Part shown: positions 24,798 through 38,240 of the stretch, piece after piece | How the letters are laid out: every line of letters starts with the position of its first letter | Position numbering within the stretch: position 1 is the first letter of the stretch | DNA from: Felis catus | Lineage: Eukaryota | Length of the DNA stretch: 64,000 nt | Assembly (NCBI RefSeq): GCF_018350175.1 | Contig: NC_058368.1 | Span: 31,498,001 to 31,562,000, forward strand | Direction: 5' to 3' | Notes under the pieces: model-generated | The model's database searches: none | What the model was told of the DNA's origin: nothing | What the model saw: the letters and a program-made list of their open reading frames with translations, nothing else | Translations under genes and position numbers: made by a program

Positions 24798-26444
24798 CAA
24801 TTTAATAATTTATTATATTGGTGTTGTTTTTCTTTTGTCCCAAGTGAGATTTGGAATGATTGCCTAAAATTCAAAACAAAATATATCCTAAATAATAACA
24901 GAATAACAAAGTATTGCTCACCATGTAAGTTATCTATTCTAAGAAACTGTGGTCTCCAATTGTGTTTGTTTCTTTATAAGCTAAATTTGTTTTCTATCAT
25001 TGTTTTGGTTTAACAGGAAGAAAAGTATTTATTTAAGATTGTGATTTCTTGGTATCTACTAAACTTTGTATCCAGAATCTCAAACTCCAACTGTGTCAAT
25101 GAAAGAATATAAGCATTTATGTAGATACTGTAAACTTTATATATATTAAGATAATTTCAACAACCCAATTTTATAATAGGTAAGGGGTAATTTATTTCCA
25201 AAAATACCTGCTCATAACTCTTTTGGCTTTATAATTTGCAAAATTCTTCACTCTCATTTTTCTTCATTTTTCAAAAATGTTTAGAATAAGAAATTGTAGA
25301 ATCAAAACAGCTGGGAAGTTTCTTAAATATTTGCTTCAGAAATGCAAGTGAATAAAGCTAAGACATAAATTGACCATAATATAGATTTTTACAGTCACTT
25401 AAGGCTTGTTTCAATAGAACACCTTGTTGAAATACTGATTGAATGTATAAAAATAATGAGCTCCATGGTACTTACACTATAGAACTCTGAGCTCTGATCA
25501 AGTGAGAGGTGGTTACAATCAATCTGTAAGTAAATATAGGAAATATATACTTAATTTATATTATGTTCTTTGAGACTTTTCCAAGATACCACTAGAATTT
25601 AAAGTCTGATGTTTAAGTTGTAAAAAAACAACAACTATGTACTATGTCTATAAGTATATATTTGTCATATTTTGTGTTTTTTTATGTTGTATCTATATTA
25701 AGTGATGTGTGTGTACGTGTCGCATGCATATACTTACAGCTTATAGCACTTATTGCTTTGTTATATTGAGATTGTTGGTATTTTTAAGTAATATATATGC
25801 CATCATATCTATGAAGGGATTGGTGATCATGATCTGTTACAACTTAAGACTCTGTATCTGCTACCTTAGCCATAAACAGCTTTTTAGGCCACTGACACTA
25901 CTTGTCACTTGAGCTGTACAATAGCTTCCAATTACTATCATGTATAATCCATTTTCTTCCACCTAGATTTCCCACCTGCACTCTTCTCCCATCATTAACT
26001 AATGCAGTATTGATTGACTAAAAGCAATTCCTACAGTGTGTATGGTCCATTTTCCTGCCCTGAAGAGAAAGTCTTACTTTCTGCCAAACCAACCCATGAG
26101 CAGGGTGCATGACAACAGTTTTGTTTCAAATCTTGTATGGTGTAAATCAGGATTGGTTGGGGAAGGCCCAACCTAGTGAGTGGTGATCAGAGTTTGCAAT
26201 AGGGCAGCTGTGTGATTTTGGGGAAACATTCCCTGGCAGACTTGCTAGATCTATAAAAGGAGAGTCAGACTAAATAACTCTGAGATTCTTTCTGACTAAC
26301 AGATTCCAGGAACATATTAGAGATTACTCAAACAAATGAGCTTATGAATCAATACAGTCTCATGTAATAGATTTTGTTAAATGAGAAAACTCTAGCATAA
26401 TATTCCTCATAATATTTCCTGCTTGGAGGTAGGATAAAAAGTGC

Positions 26445-26645
26445 TGTGGCAGAGGATACAGTGTGTGGTATGAGACAGACCAAGGCTCAAATTATAACCA
26501 TTAAAAGCTTTGTTTACTTAGTCAAGTTACTTAAAATTTTTGAAACTCAGTTTTGTCATCTGTAAGACTGTAAGACAGACAAAAATATGTGAACCTTGCA
26601 GGATTCCTTGGCAGGAGTAGAAATAATATATGTAAAGCTCCACTC
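26445..26645 (+). mobile_element. MIR
   Basis: CAAGTTACTTAA...CTCAGTTTTGTCATCTGTAA core. Confidence 0.65.
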
Positions 26646-26974
26646 TATTTCCAGAATATAATAGAAAGATAATATAAAATAAATTTTTAGTGATGTTATT
26701 ATCATATTTATTTGACAGTGAATATAGTCACCCTTTATGCCCACAAAAATTCAATCAATATTTAGTATATGAGTAAATAGACCTAAGTGAAGAAGATACC
26801 TGGAAACAATTTCACGCACTGCCATTGTTAGATATAACTGACAGATCCATAAATACTGGGAGTTGAGAGTCTACAGATAGCGAGATGTCCAGGTTACTGC
26901 CATAAAACTAGGTGAAGCAACTTTTAATATTTAAGCAGCTAACCCTATTGCCAACAAACAATGTTGTGCTGCTC

Positions 26975-27610
26975 AATAATTCATTTAGTGAGTAATTCTT
27001 AAATACCTATAATGGCCTAAATCCTGGGGTTGGGACAATAACAATATCTCTGCTCCTATGCTCCCTATTCTAATGGAAGACGATAAACTATAGGGAAATA
27101 AACTATAAGTAAATAAACTAGATGGAGATTTGTGCTCTAAAGAAAAATAAAGCATGGCAATAGAGATAGAAAGGGATGGAGAAGAAAGTGGTATTTTATG
27201 TAGGCTTTTCAAGGACACTTCTTTGATAAAGTGATATGTGAGAGGAGATTCAAAAGAAGCAAGGGGACAGTCCTGTTGCTGAGTGAGAACATTTAAAGCA
27301 CAGAGGAGAGCAAAGGCCCTCAGGCAGGAGAGAACTTGGGTTGTTCCCGAAACAACAGGATACAGAAAGAATGAGAGTGGGCAATAATAAGAGGTAAGGT
27401 GTGTGTGTGAGTGGAATGGGGTAACAAATCAGGATTTCACTGCATGTGATACCGGACACTGGAAATACAATTTTGGAAATTAGCAGCATATGGATAACTG
27501 TTTATTTTTTTTATTTTATTTTTTTATGGATAACTGTTTAGACAGGAGATCACTGTAGGAGTGAATGAACACAGAGAAAAGAAGTGTGAGAACTGGGTAC
27601 TAGATAGGTC
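26975..27610 (-). mobile_element. L2 3' end, antisense
   Basis: TCATTTAGTGAGTAATTCTTAAATACCTA start, followed by purine-rich L2 antisense motifs (CAAAGGCCCTCAGGCAGGA). Confidence 0.6.
27489..27540 (-). mobile_element. Poly(A)-only retro-insertion with 16-bp TSD
   Basis: TATGGATAACTGTTTA occurs at 27489-27504 and 27525-27540, flanking a 20-nt T-rich tract. Confidence 0.7.
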
Positions 27611-28969
27611 AACATTGTTATTCCTTTGTTATAAAATGTCATAAATAATGTTACAATATAATTTCTTATAAATAATATAAATGTAATAAAATGCGTACAT
27701 ATTATTATAACATTTTATGATTTTCAATCATTGCACTGTCCCTGTCCTCATGTCATACTACTAGTAGGTAAGTGAAGTAGCCCTGGGGATGTTCTCAGAC
27801 ATGCTTTACAGATATTTACAGATAGGAAATCACCACACAGATGGGTGGAGTGATTGCCTTCAATTTAAACTGCTTTTAAATGAAGAGCAGGGATATGAAG
27901 CCAGAAACTCCACTTTCCAATCCTCTCTGATCCTAATATGTGTTTATTCTAACAGGCTTCTAAAGACCCTATTCTGAATCATCTCTCCACTTGCTTTGGA
28001 AGACTCCTTACAGACATAGTAATATGGTCTCAACTGCCTTTCTGCTGATCTGAGAAGTGAAACAAAGAAGCATATGACTACAAAAGGCTATATTTGCTGA
28101 AAATCAATAATGAAGACTAGTGTGCTTTATATTTCTGGTGGAATGGCTGAGATTGCAATGCAGTATGAAAGTACCAAGTTTCCTATCAGAAAACCTAAAT
28201 CTCAAATGAGCCCCTCTTCTTTCAGTCATCCTCTGGCTTCCCTTGATGAATTCACTTAAATTGTTCAAGAATTAGTTTACTCCTTACTGAAATGGACATG
28301 GCAGCATAGTTGTTTCCAATGTTGAGATGCTGTCAAGGATCAAAGAAAGCACTTTACTGTTACATGTGATGTAATTGTTAATAATTCAAGTTTATACAAA
28401 CCTAGACCTTAGGAGTATAATAAAAAATAAGTTGTATAGATTATATCCTAAATCAAGTATATTTAAACACATTCATATGAATAAGTAGATTTTACTTTTA
28501 CAAGGATAAAAATGGAATTTCATCTTTTATGGAAGATCTAAAATTTATTAGCAAAGCTTCTATTACTACAAGCACACTTAATCTACAGCTTATTGCTCTA
28601 TTGATGCTAAATGTATTAAAAATCATGTTTTGCCTTTGAGTCTTCTAAGCAGTTGTCCAAAATATATGTATTATGTTGATATATAGATAGCAAGTAAAAG
28701 GTTCTCTTTGTAGGAGTGTTGATACAGAACATAATATAATATGATACTACAGCAGAGGATGATAATCAAATAAAATTTAGAGAAATCCATGGAGTTCTTA
28801 ACTAGCAAGTTCAAATTATTACCAAATAAATAAATAAACCTCTCCATAACACTTTTTCTTGCAGTTCTAACATAAATGAATAAATAAATAAATAAATAAA
28901 TTGATATAATGATCAATCAATCAAATATTCCTAACAAATTATTATTTTTCAAATATGGTAAGTCATTAA

Positions 28970-29546
28970 TGTACCAGTGGCAGAATCTGCCTTGTGTGAA
29001 TGGAGGTGATGGTCCTCGGATTCCCCAGGAGAAGACTTAGTGGGGATCCATGATGGCATAAAGACAGCCCAAGGAAAGTAGCAAGCACAAAGCAGTTTAT
29101 CAAAGCGAAAAGTAGGTAGGAGAGCAGCAGGAATCAGTCCCGGGTTGTTTTGGGATTGGATATTTGTTGCACGGCTCTGAACTGTGAGGAGCTGCAAGTA
29201 TGGTGGGGTGGCGTCTAATGGAGGCTGCTTCCAATCATTTGGGGGACTCCTCCCACAGGTTGGGAGGGGGAATTTTTGACCCTACAAAGTTATACCAGAA
29301 CCATCTTGGCAGCCTTTCTCCTTGTGTGGGGGTAGGGCTGTATCTGGAAAACAAATGTATTATAATGAGTCTAGGAGTTACCCCAGGGCAAAGGTGGAAG
29401 AGGAAAGTGCATCTTCCACACCTGTGGCTCTTGATTGGTCAGCCCCAAGGTCTTAGAATTTGCTAAGTCGAGGATGTTGTGTCCCCCAGGCTTTTAATGT
29501 GTAGTTTATTTCTCACCATCCTCACCTCCAGCTCATGTCTCTATCA
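28970..29546 (-). mobile_element. ERV1-class LTR, antisense
   Basis: TG...CA ends (TGTACCAG...CTATCA) and GC-richer than the flanks. Antisense poly(A)-signal context AAAGCAGTTTATC. A purine tract lies immediately 5' on the minus strand. Confidence 0.65.
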
Positions 29547-30242
29547 TTCCTCTTCAAGGACTTGGGACTCTACGTTGAGGTGTACCTTCCAGTGCTCTTG
29601 TCCAGCTTCAAACATTTTTTATAATCTCACTGTCATAACTCTGAAATGTAATATATATTGTTACTAAACCCAAAGGGCCTGTTAACATAAATGTATATAG
29701 TACTATACATATGTATGGTGATGTGTGTACTTTAGTCATTCCTTAGAATCATTAGAAACATCTAGTCTCCCTCAGCTTTTGTAGGACTTGAAAGTGATCA
29801 GACATCTCCCCTCATCCTCATCTGAGATCAACACAAAAATGATCTTAAAAAAGCCAGAGTCATAAAATAATTTGCAGAATTGCCACCGTTGATAAATTAT
29901 TGTATCTTTAGTCTATCAATATGCATTTACACTAGGGAAACATGGGTACTTTGATTTTATGAAGCACTAGTGGCAGTTTCGGTGAAAAAAATAAAGACAG
30001 GCAAAACAGGGTCATGAGGGTCTATGAGTGGTAAGAAATATTTTTTGTTCTGTTAGCTCTTTAGATGTCAGCAAAACAGTTCAGAAGTCTGACTGGGCTG
30101 GAATGATTCTCAACATGATCTAAATTTTAGGCAAACTATAATGTCAAACTCTAATCAATATGTCACTCTTAGGTATTTGTGCATTTATTTTTTAAACTGA
30201 GGGGTATTCTTTCTTAATGTGGATTTAAGAAGGGAGCTTTTT

Positions 30243-30442
30243 AAAATTAAGTTTATTTATTTTAGGAGACATATAGCATGAGATAGGGAGGGGCAGAAAG
30301 AGAAGGAGAGAGAGAATCCCAAGCAGGCTCCTCGCTGTCAATGCAGAGCCAATGTGGGGCTCAGTCTCACCAACCATGAGATCATGGCCTGAGCTGAAAT
30401 CAAGAGTCAGACACTCAACCAACTGAGCCACCTAGGTACCCC
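30243..30442 (-). mobile_element. Can-SINE
   Basis: Antisense SINE with degenerate TSD AAGA...GAGCTTTT. Confidence 0.95.
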
Positions 30443-31188
30443 AAGAGGAGAGCTTTTATGAGTCCTATCATTTCTATGTCTCATGGTTAGATCACCCTCA
30501 GAGGATGGTCAATTAGATTAATATTTGCTTATTTACATCTTTTAAGCATCTAAAGAAAGAAAGAAAAAGTTTCATCATCACAAAAATGCTAAGAAATCAT
30601 ATTTTCACATAAGAATAAATGATTCCCAAAAATAGGGGAAATTACCTATACTGTTTACTAATAATATTTCTGAGATTTTATTAAGGTACAGAGTAAGGTC
30701 CAAGAACCTGCATTTTGATAACGCAGAAGTTAAGCATTTTGAAAAACTAAAATTAGATAATAAAATTATGTTTAAAATTATTGTTTTAAGGGAGAATAAT
30801 GTCACAAAATTTAAAAGAATATTTTAGTATACTCCAGAAACAAAAGAATGAAATTCAAATGAAATAGAATTTGAATATTTAGAAAAATATGTGATTATAA
30901 TTAACAATTCTTTATTAATAATCCTGGATTAGTTTGAAATATGGTTATTTTTATGTTAGAGATTCTCCATTGCTTTTTCTAGATTTCACCTTTAAGCTAT
31001 CTCTGACAATGTTCATGAAAAGATTGAAAACCTGAAAACAATCCATCTCCATTTAATACAAATGCCAATACAAATATATATTCATTCATAAATATTTATG
31101 AATGGAAGCCAGTGCCAGCACTCTGATGGGTGCTGAAAGTATAACAATGATCAGAACTGGCCCCGAGGTCATGGATATTGTCTGGACT

Positions 31189-31338
31189 AGTGCCTATTAA
31201 CCTTTAATTTGCATTAGAATCACATGGGGACCATGATGAACTGCAGATACTGATTAAGGTCTGAGGTAAAGCCTGAGATTTTGTAATCCTAACAAGTAGC
31301 TGTTGCGGGTCCTTGACCACCTTCTGAGTATAAAGGGT
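31189..31338. mobile_element. MER5-like hAT-Charlie element
   Basis: TGCATTAGAATCACATGGGG...GGTCTGAGGTAAAGCCTGAGATTTTG...CTAACAAG. Confidence 0.7.
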
Positions 31339-32153
31339 CAAAGAATCCAAACACACGCTCTCACAGTTATTGCAATTGGCATTAGAACCAATGTAGCCAT
31401 ATCTTCACCGTGATGTAGACAAAGTAGAGAAGGAAGGGTGGAAGAAATTTTGCCCATAATAGTCCTGCTAATAATACTCTTGAGAGTCACAAGAAATGGT
31501 TTTCCAAGGTTATCTTTTATATTAGAACCAGTTCATCTAAGTGTATTTTAATCTTTCCAAACATACCCAGTGCTAACATATTAGTAATTGTTGATAGTCA
31601 CATAGTCAGCAGATGATTTACACCTTCTGATATTTCGTAGAACACTGCCTGTATTCTGGAGAGGGGGAAAATGACCTGATCTTTTCTCAAGATGCCTATT
31701 AATAGAGGTGGACTAGTGTGAATCATACCTAAAACATTTAATAACGTTTTCTTGTGACAGACTCTGGGTCTATATTTGCAATTTCACTGAAATTTAATTT
31801 CAATCAAGTAGAATTGTCATAGGACCAAATGTCATCTATATTTTGAAGATTGATGTGCTTGTAACTTCTATATACATTTTAGTTCAATGAAGAAAGCTTT
31901 TGGAATTTTTGATTTCTGGGCAATGAGAAAAAAAAAAGGAAACAAGGATGTACTCCCATGCTGCTACTTTTCTCACAATTGTTTGTGAAAATAAAAACAA
32001 AAAGTCATTCACATGCTGCACTCAATGGCAGCATTGGCAGCAACAGAGTTCTCTGGGAAAACTTGCTTGAAAGAGGCATAGCGTGTGTGTGTAGTGTTGT
32101 GCAATACCTACAGCACTCTTTGGTAGTCCTCAAAGGGATAGGTGGGCCAGATA

Positions 32154-32551
32154 CAGTGGTGAATGATAGATTTTCAGGAGCTTTGCTACCTGGTGGTTAA
32201 ACATGGACTTAGGAATTAATTTATATACACAGAATTAAATAAATGTCTTAAAACACAAAGGTAATGAATACACAAAGTCCCTCAATTTCCTACCCATCTT
32301 CTACATTTTGCTAATATCTGTATTTTTGAGGTTATTTATATGTCTTATATCTGTCTGGTGAAAATATTGTATGATTGTGTGTGGCTGAGTACTTCTCCCT
32401 CATTCTTTATTTAGTGACATCATGTGGGTAGTTGAAGTCACCGGTGTTTGGGATATTTACACCATGGACAATGGCCAGCGCACATTATATATCACACACC
32501 ACCATACCCTGCCTCAGAGCTGGCTGTTAAACATTTATAAGCATACCACTT
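32154..32551 (+). mobile_element. MER63-like hAT-Blackjack DNA transposon
   Basis: CAGTGGTG...ATACCACT termini. Internal CAAAGGTAATGAATAC, TTGAGGTTATTTA, AGTGACATCATGT, ATTTACACCATGGA and GCTGTTAAACATTTA match the MER63B consensus as I recall it. Confidence 0.8.
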
Positions 32552-32903
32552 GCCAGAAGTCAGTTTGGAAGAATGGGCTTCAATCCTGGAGCTCTGAAAA
32601 CTTCAAACTACATGATTTTGGGATAATACTGTCTCTGCTCTTGCATGATTAGGGGCGCTGATACTACAACATAATCTGACAAAGCCTTGGATCCCACTGT
32701 GCTTTAGGAGTTCAGCATTCACCATGGGAGGGAAGAACAGCTACTTCTCTTTGCATTTGACAAGGTTCAACTGCATTAAACACTACTCAGTAACTAAGGA
32801 GATTTGCATGAACAGAATTCCTTTTGGGATGCTAGCGTTCATGGATCACTCTACAATAAATTAATCTCTACAGTTCAACCATGTTTTAAAAAATATTTTT
32901 TTT

Positions 32904-33187
32904 TGTAAAAGGAGATTTCAAAAGAAGCAAGCATGCCTAGGTAAGAGTCTCTTTTAAAACAGCAACTAATCCCAATGAACTAGTTTCAATCCCTGTTTTG
33001 CACAGAGGACCTGAATGAGAGCTGCATATATATGACCCTTCCCCTGTATAATTCTGCCCTCTTTGTCTTCCTCAGAACAGGAGTCAGGTTTTTACCTGAA
33101 TCTGTGTCTCATAAGTTCGAATTCTCCTGAATTCCAATAAATGCCTGTTTGCTTATTTTTTGTGTGTGAATTCTTAATTGGTCAACA
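32904..33187 (+). mobile_element. Short solo LTR, ERV1 class
   Basis: TGTAA...TCAACA ends and AATAAA about 50 nt before the 3' end. Flanks TTTT/CTTT are TSD-like. Confidence 0.55.
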
Positions 33188-33419
33188 CTTTTCATTAAAA
33201 TAGGTAACATATGTTATATATTGTGATAAGTGCCATCAGGGAACGGAGTCACTTTTCAAAATTGTACATAACATGATATAACACATTAGAGATCTTGAAA
33301 AGTCATGAATTTTAATGAAGTTTAGATAAATTAAAAAATTTTTGGTATTACCTTTTATATTGGATTTTTTTCTTGTGTAAATGTCCCAATATAAAAAGAA
33401 ATATGTACTGATACATCAA

Positions 33420-33423
<4 letters not shown>

Positions 33424-33477
<54 letters not shown>
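33424..33477. repeat. (TA)n microsatellite
   Basis: About 27 units with one TG interruption. Confidence 0.98.
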
Positions 33478-36304
33478 ATTATATCTGGTCTTTTATCTCT
33501 CTTTTAATAATACATCATAGAAGTTTGCCTGCCTGGAATGGTTAAAATGAACTTTCGAGGTATCTTCCTGGCTTACCATTATATCACTCTATGATTTGTT
33601 AAAGATTAATGTACATCCAGTCTGTAAAATAAAGTTGTCTATGTGTAGAAAAAAATGTTTATTTGTTTGAAATCATCAGCCTAAAAACAGTATGCATGAG
33701 CATTTTGATTCCTTTGAACAGGTGGAGTCACTGTGGAGTCCTTAGGTACATCCCCTGCACTAGCAGAGGAAAACTGATATTATAACCTAACTCTCTTGTC
33801 ATTTCTTGGAAACCATAAAATATGATGCAAATGTAAAATACAATTGTCATACTTATCACGGTTTATTAAGATGTAAGCTATTGAAAACTGACTGTTAATA
33901 TTTGAGATGAGTGTCTTGTCTAAAACTGAAAGCATTGTCTTAAAGGATTCCTTTTATTCAAGAAAAATACTTTCAGGAAATCACACTCCAATTCTATTTA
34001 CATTTCATTTCAGTTTTAAACTGCATTAGCATTAGCTATTCTCCTATTCATTCAGAGAAGTAACAAATTCAATGCAATAAGAATGTTAATTTTCTCATAG
34101 GGATGCTAATATATATTTGCAGGAAAATGGTATTGGTATTTTTCTAATCACAAAAGGAAAGCCTGCAAAAGTACCAGCACTTATTTCCAAAGGAAGCTGA
34201 AAACTATATGCGTTTGTTACATCTACTAAACAACAATTCTTAAAGGGACAACATATTTAACTGCCTATGGGACCTGCATGAAATAACAATGTGGAAAGAG
34301 CGGTGCAGAATAAAGAGAGAAGAATAAAAGGTGATGCCAAGGAAGGAAGGAAAGGAGGAAGGAAGGGAAGGAAAAGGCTGGTTGATTTAAGTAAATTTAA
34401 GCAAATTTAAGTAAAAAGATGTCCAGTTAAGAGAATTGATTTCTAATTATTACACAGGCATTCGGTGTCCAGCCTAGTTCTCTTCTAGAATAGTGGCTGA
34501 TTTAAATAGCGAAGCAGGATTTAGAATACTGAGGAGGAGAAAAATGGATACCTCCCTCTACTTGCCTAGTATTGATTATCCTTCCTTATGGATCACTGAT
34601 TAACTCTGTGGTCTGGACACTTTTCTCTTTTCTTCTGGATACTGTGTCAAGATGTAAGTAAAAGTGTATCTGAAAAAAACATTTAAAAGTACATGCAACT
34701 AGCAGGTATAATGTGAATATTAATTATCATTAATAAAATGAAATGGTGATTTCTGATTTAATAAGTGAACAAATCTTAGTGCCAGGACTCCTATCTTCTA
34801 GGTTATAGTCTGCACTAGTCTCTTCAAGTTGTATGATCTTGGGCAAGTTTTTACCATGTTATATTGTCATCTCTGAAGTGCTATATTACTAATGGATTTA
34901 CAGAAACAAAATTATGCCTTGAATGAGCTCTTAAATCCATGTGCTGTTAAACAAATACAGAAAGAGAAAATGTTTTTGTTGCTGTTTAATGGCTATTATA
35001 TACTTTAGAAACCAAACTGCCAATTTTCCTATGAAAATATAATTTTAGTAGAATAAAGTAAGCAAAATGTAAAATGGTCACACGTACTCAGCTAACAAAC
35101 CGATGCTTTCTTTGTTTATATCAAAGGAATTTAGAGTATCACAAATTCACCTGAAATGAGCCTCTTGTCTGTTTAAGGCAATCTGCTCCTGTTTCAATGA
35201 GCGCAATTACATTTAGAGTGGAGAAGTTATTTGGCTAAGGACTCACTGAGCGAGGGTTAGAACACAGGACTCCCATTTTAGGGTGGCAATATCTTTGCTA
35301 CTGTATCACGATGCCTCTGTCATTTAGTACATAGAGTAGCTGTCAAATAACAAAACGTCTTTTGTCATATTAGGATTGCAGCCACCACAATATGGCTTGG
35401 AAGGAATCAGCCGACATAAGGTGGAATCATCTGTGAAGAGAAAGAGGTCATTACTGGCTATTTCTGTGAGGTGGCTTGAAAGGAGGAGGGGAAGAGTGTC
35501 ACACTCTGCATGGATCCTTGAAGTTTTTCAGGATAACACTCCATTAACAATGACAAGTTGCCATCTGTTAGTGAACTCTTCCAGAAGAGAGCGAAAGCTC
35601 CCCAAGAACATTTTGCTACAGTCAAACTGATTCTCCAAATCCAGCCCTTGGTTTTGTTATATGTGCCAACAGATATCCATGGTCACTGGTAAACTTTCTC
35701 AGTGAACTAGCTAAGTGTCAAGGAATAAATTATAAGTATTTCTAAATTATAAGTTGCTACTTGAAAGAAGCTGTCAATTATTCTACTAAAAAAAAGCCAT
35801 TGAAATTACATTATAATAACTTTGCCTGCAAGTTTATCGAGCAATGTGGCTTTTGGGTTATTCTCTACCAAACTGTATATTTGTAGGAAAGTGGTATGAG
35901 GCTGCACCTGGAGGAAACAACAACAACAACAACAAAAACTGACCAGTTTATGCATTCACTTTAAATTGTATCTCTTGCCGATGTCCTGATAAAGATGGGG
36001 GAAATACTGAGCAGTAAGTCATGAGGACCTCTCCATTTCATGCGTGCTAAATTTGAGAAAAGTCAGAGAAGAAAATATTTTTACCTCAGCATATTGACAG
36101 TATAGAAGCTTTATATAAATCTTTTAATAAATAATACCTTCATTCAAAAAGATAGAAAAATCTCAGGTTTATAGAGGTACAAAATAATAAAGATTTATGT
36201 GTGTTAAGAATTCATTTCATATTTAAAATAGTAGTCATTAGATAGCAAGAATAGTGATGTGACAAAAATGTAATCTTGGACATATGGACACTATTGAATT
36301 TTAA

Positions 36305-36503
36305 ATAAAAAAATAATTTTATTTGAGAGAGAGAGAGCATGAGCAGGGGAGAGGCAGAGAGAGAGACAGATACACAATCTGAAGCAGGCTCCAGCTTTGA
36401 GCTGCCAGCACAGAGCCGGACTCAGGGCTCAAACTTACAAACCGTGAGATCATGACCTGAGTTGAAGTCAGACACTTAACCAACTGAGTCACCCAGGCAC
36501 CCC
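36305..36503 (-). mobile_element. Can-SINE
   Basis: Antisense SINE with 17-bp TSD ACACTATTGAATTTTAA. Confidence 0.95.
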
Positions 36504-36511
36504 AACACTAT

Positions 36512-37120
36512 TGAATTTTAACTGAGCCCTGTGCTCCTGGAACACATCAAAGGTTAAAAATTCTCCCCACCCTTTTATATTTTAGGAAACATGTCACTGA
36601 AAAGAAACATCCTCCCCATAAGACTTAGACAAGACTAAACAATGACCCACTTGCTTACCTATAACCAGGGCAAACTACTTGCTGTCAGTGATCACTTGAA
36701 ACAAAATACTTGTTAACTAAACTTTGGTTAAAATATTCTCCTTCTTCCAGATTCCTGATGTTTTACCCACTCATAACCTGAGTACCTGACAATCCTTCTT
36801 AAACAGCATCGCCACCCCCCAACACTGCCCCTGAAGAAGGCTGCCCTCAAGGTAAAACATTCCAGCAGACAGGTCTATCATCTATTATCTCATTTCCCCA
36901 CACCCCATTCTTTCTGGCTTTATACATGCCTCCCTATAAAAGAAACCTTTTTAGCATAGCCCTTGAGATGCTTGCAGATCTTCTGCTCAGAGTCCTTCTC
37001 CCACCTGCAATAGTGCCTCCATCCAGTTGTTCAATTTCCCTCTCCCCGCCCTGTGACTTTGTGACAATACTATTCAATAAAGTGTCTCCTACTAAGTCTG
37101 AATTTGTTTTTCACTGGACA
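36512..37120 (+). mobile_element. Solo LTR, ERV1 class (MER34/MER89/MER90-like)
   Basis: TGAATTTTAACTGAGCCCTGTGCTCCTGG start, TATAAAA at about 36935, AATAAA at about 37076, and a GGACA end. Confidence 0.7.
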
Positions 37121-38240
37121 ATAAAATGCAATGGATATGAACTGCTTTGAATAGCTTTGTACAGTGACTGGAAAAACTGTTAGCCAAGATTGCCCTGAAA
37201 TTTTGATCATTTTCATCTCTCTATTATTCCAGTAGTAACACCTTTTCTGTGACTGTTTTGTCCTTCTTTATGAAGAAATCATAAAGGCTTCACCTATGAT
37301 GCAGTATATTTTTAACTTTTAACAAACATCCATAAAGAATAGAAAAAAGGTCATTTTCTATGACTTAGATTTACAGGGGGTGATGCACCCATGTGTATGT
37401 TTTTTTAAATCACCCATTTTAATACTTCATGTAATTTCTCTGAATAAAAAAGAAACAAACACACACAAAAAAGTGACCCACACGCATTCAAAGCAATCTG
37501 AAAGGACACATGGGGTAAGGTGTTTCTCATCTTGCCAAACTGAAAATTGTGCTTGAAAGAATGTTTTTCCTTGAAATTAATAGCGATTCTAGATGAGCCA
37601 TTTTGAAAGAAAAAATAAAGTTCTATGTGTGACCCCTCCCCCTTTAACTAGAAATCAATGATAGAGACTGCTATTTAATCCCCATGCTATGTTAATGAAT
37701 AAATCAAAGGAAGAATGTGCATAATGATAAAATATTTCTAAGTGGGTTTCAATAGGAAAATGGCAGCATGCTCCCGCTTTTTCAGGCTTTATCTGATTTG
37801 TTTGTGCTTGCTTCCCCAATTTGTCATGGTCAAATTGAGTTTTAAAACTATTCTCTAAGGTAGCTGCTATGTCACAATATTGATGTTCTTAGAGGATTTA
37901 ATGAGAAGGTGCTAAATTTTAATATCAAAATCACTGGTGGAACTAATAATGGTCAGGTGAAGGATCAGTTCTCATGGGCTATGAGTGCAATTTAATATAT
38001 ATGCTTTAAGCACTTCCTAGTACCTGCCACTGTTTCTCTGTGAATTAACTGTTAGAGAGTGGTTCAAACAAAAAGCAGTAGTGCATTAGAACCAATGCAT
38101 TTAATTCTCTGTATCCCTACATGCACAACTTTGGGGAGATATTCTGAGAGAAGGGGGGAAAAATGGAGATCCAAAAGTGATGTTCTGTTTCTATCTGAAT
38201 TAAAAAGTTCCCTGAGTTTGAGAAGGAGGATTCTACCCTA

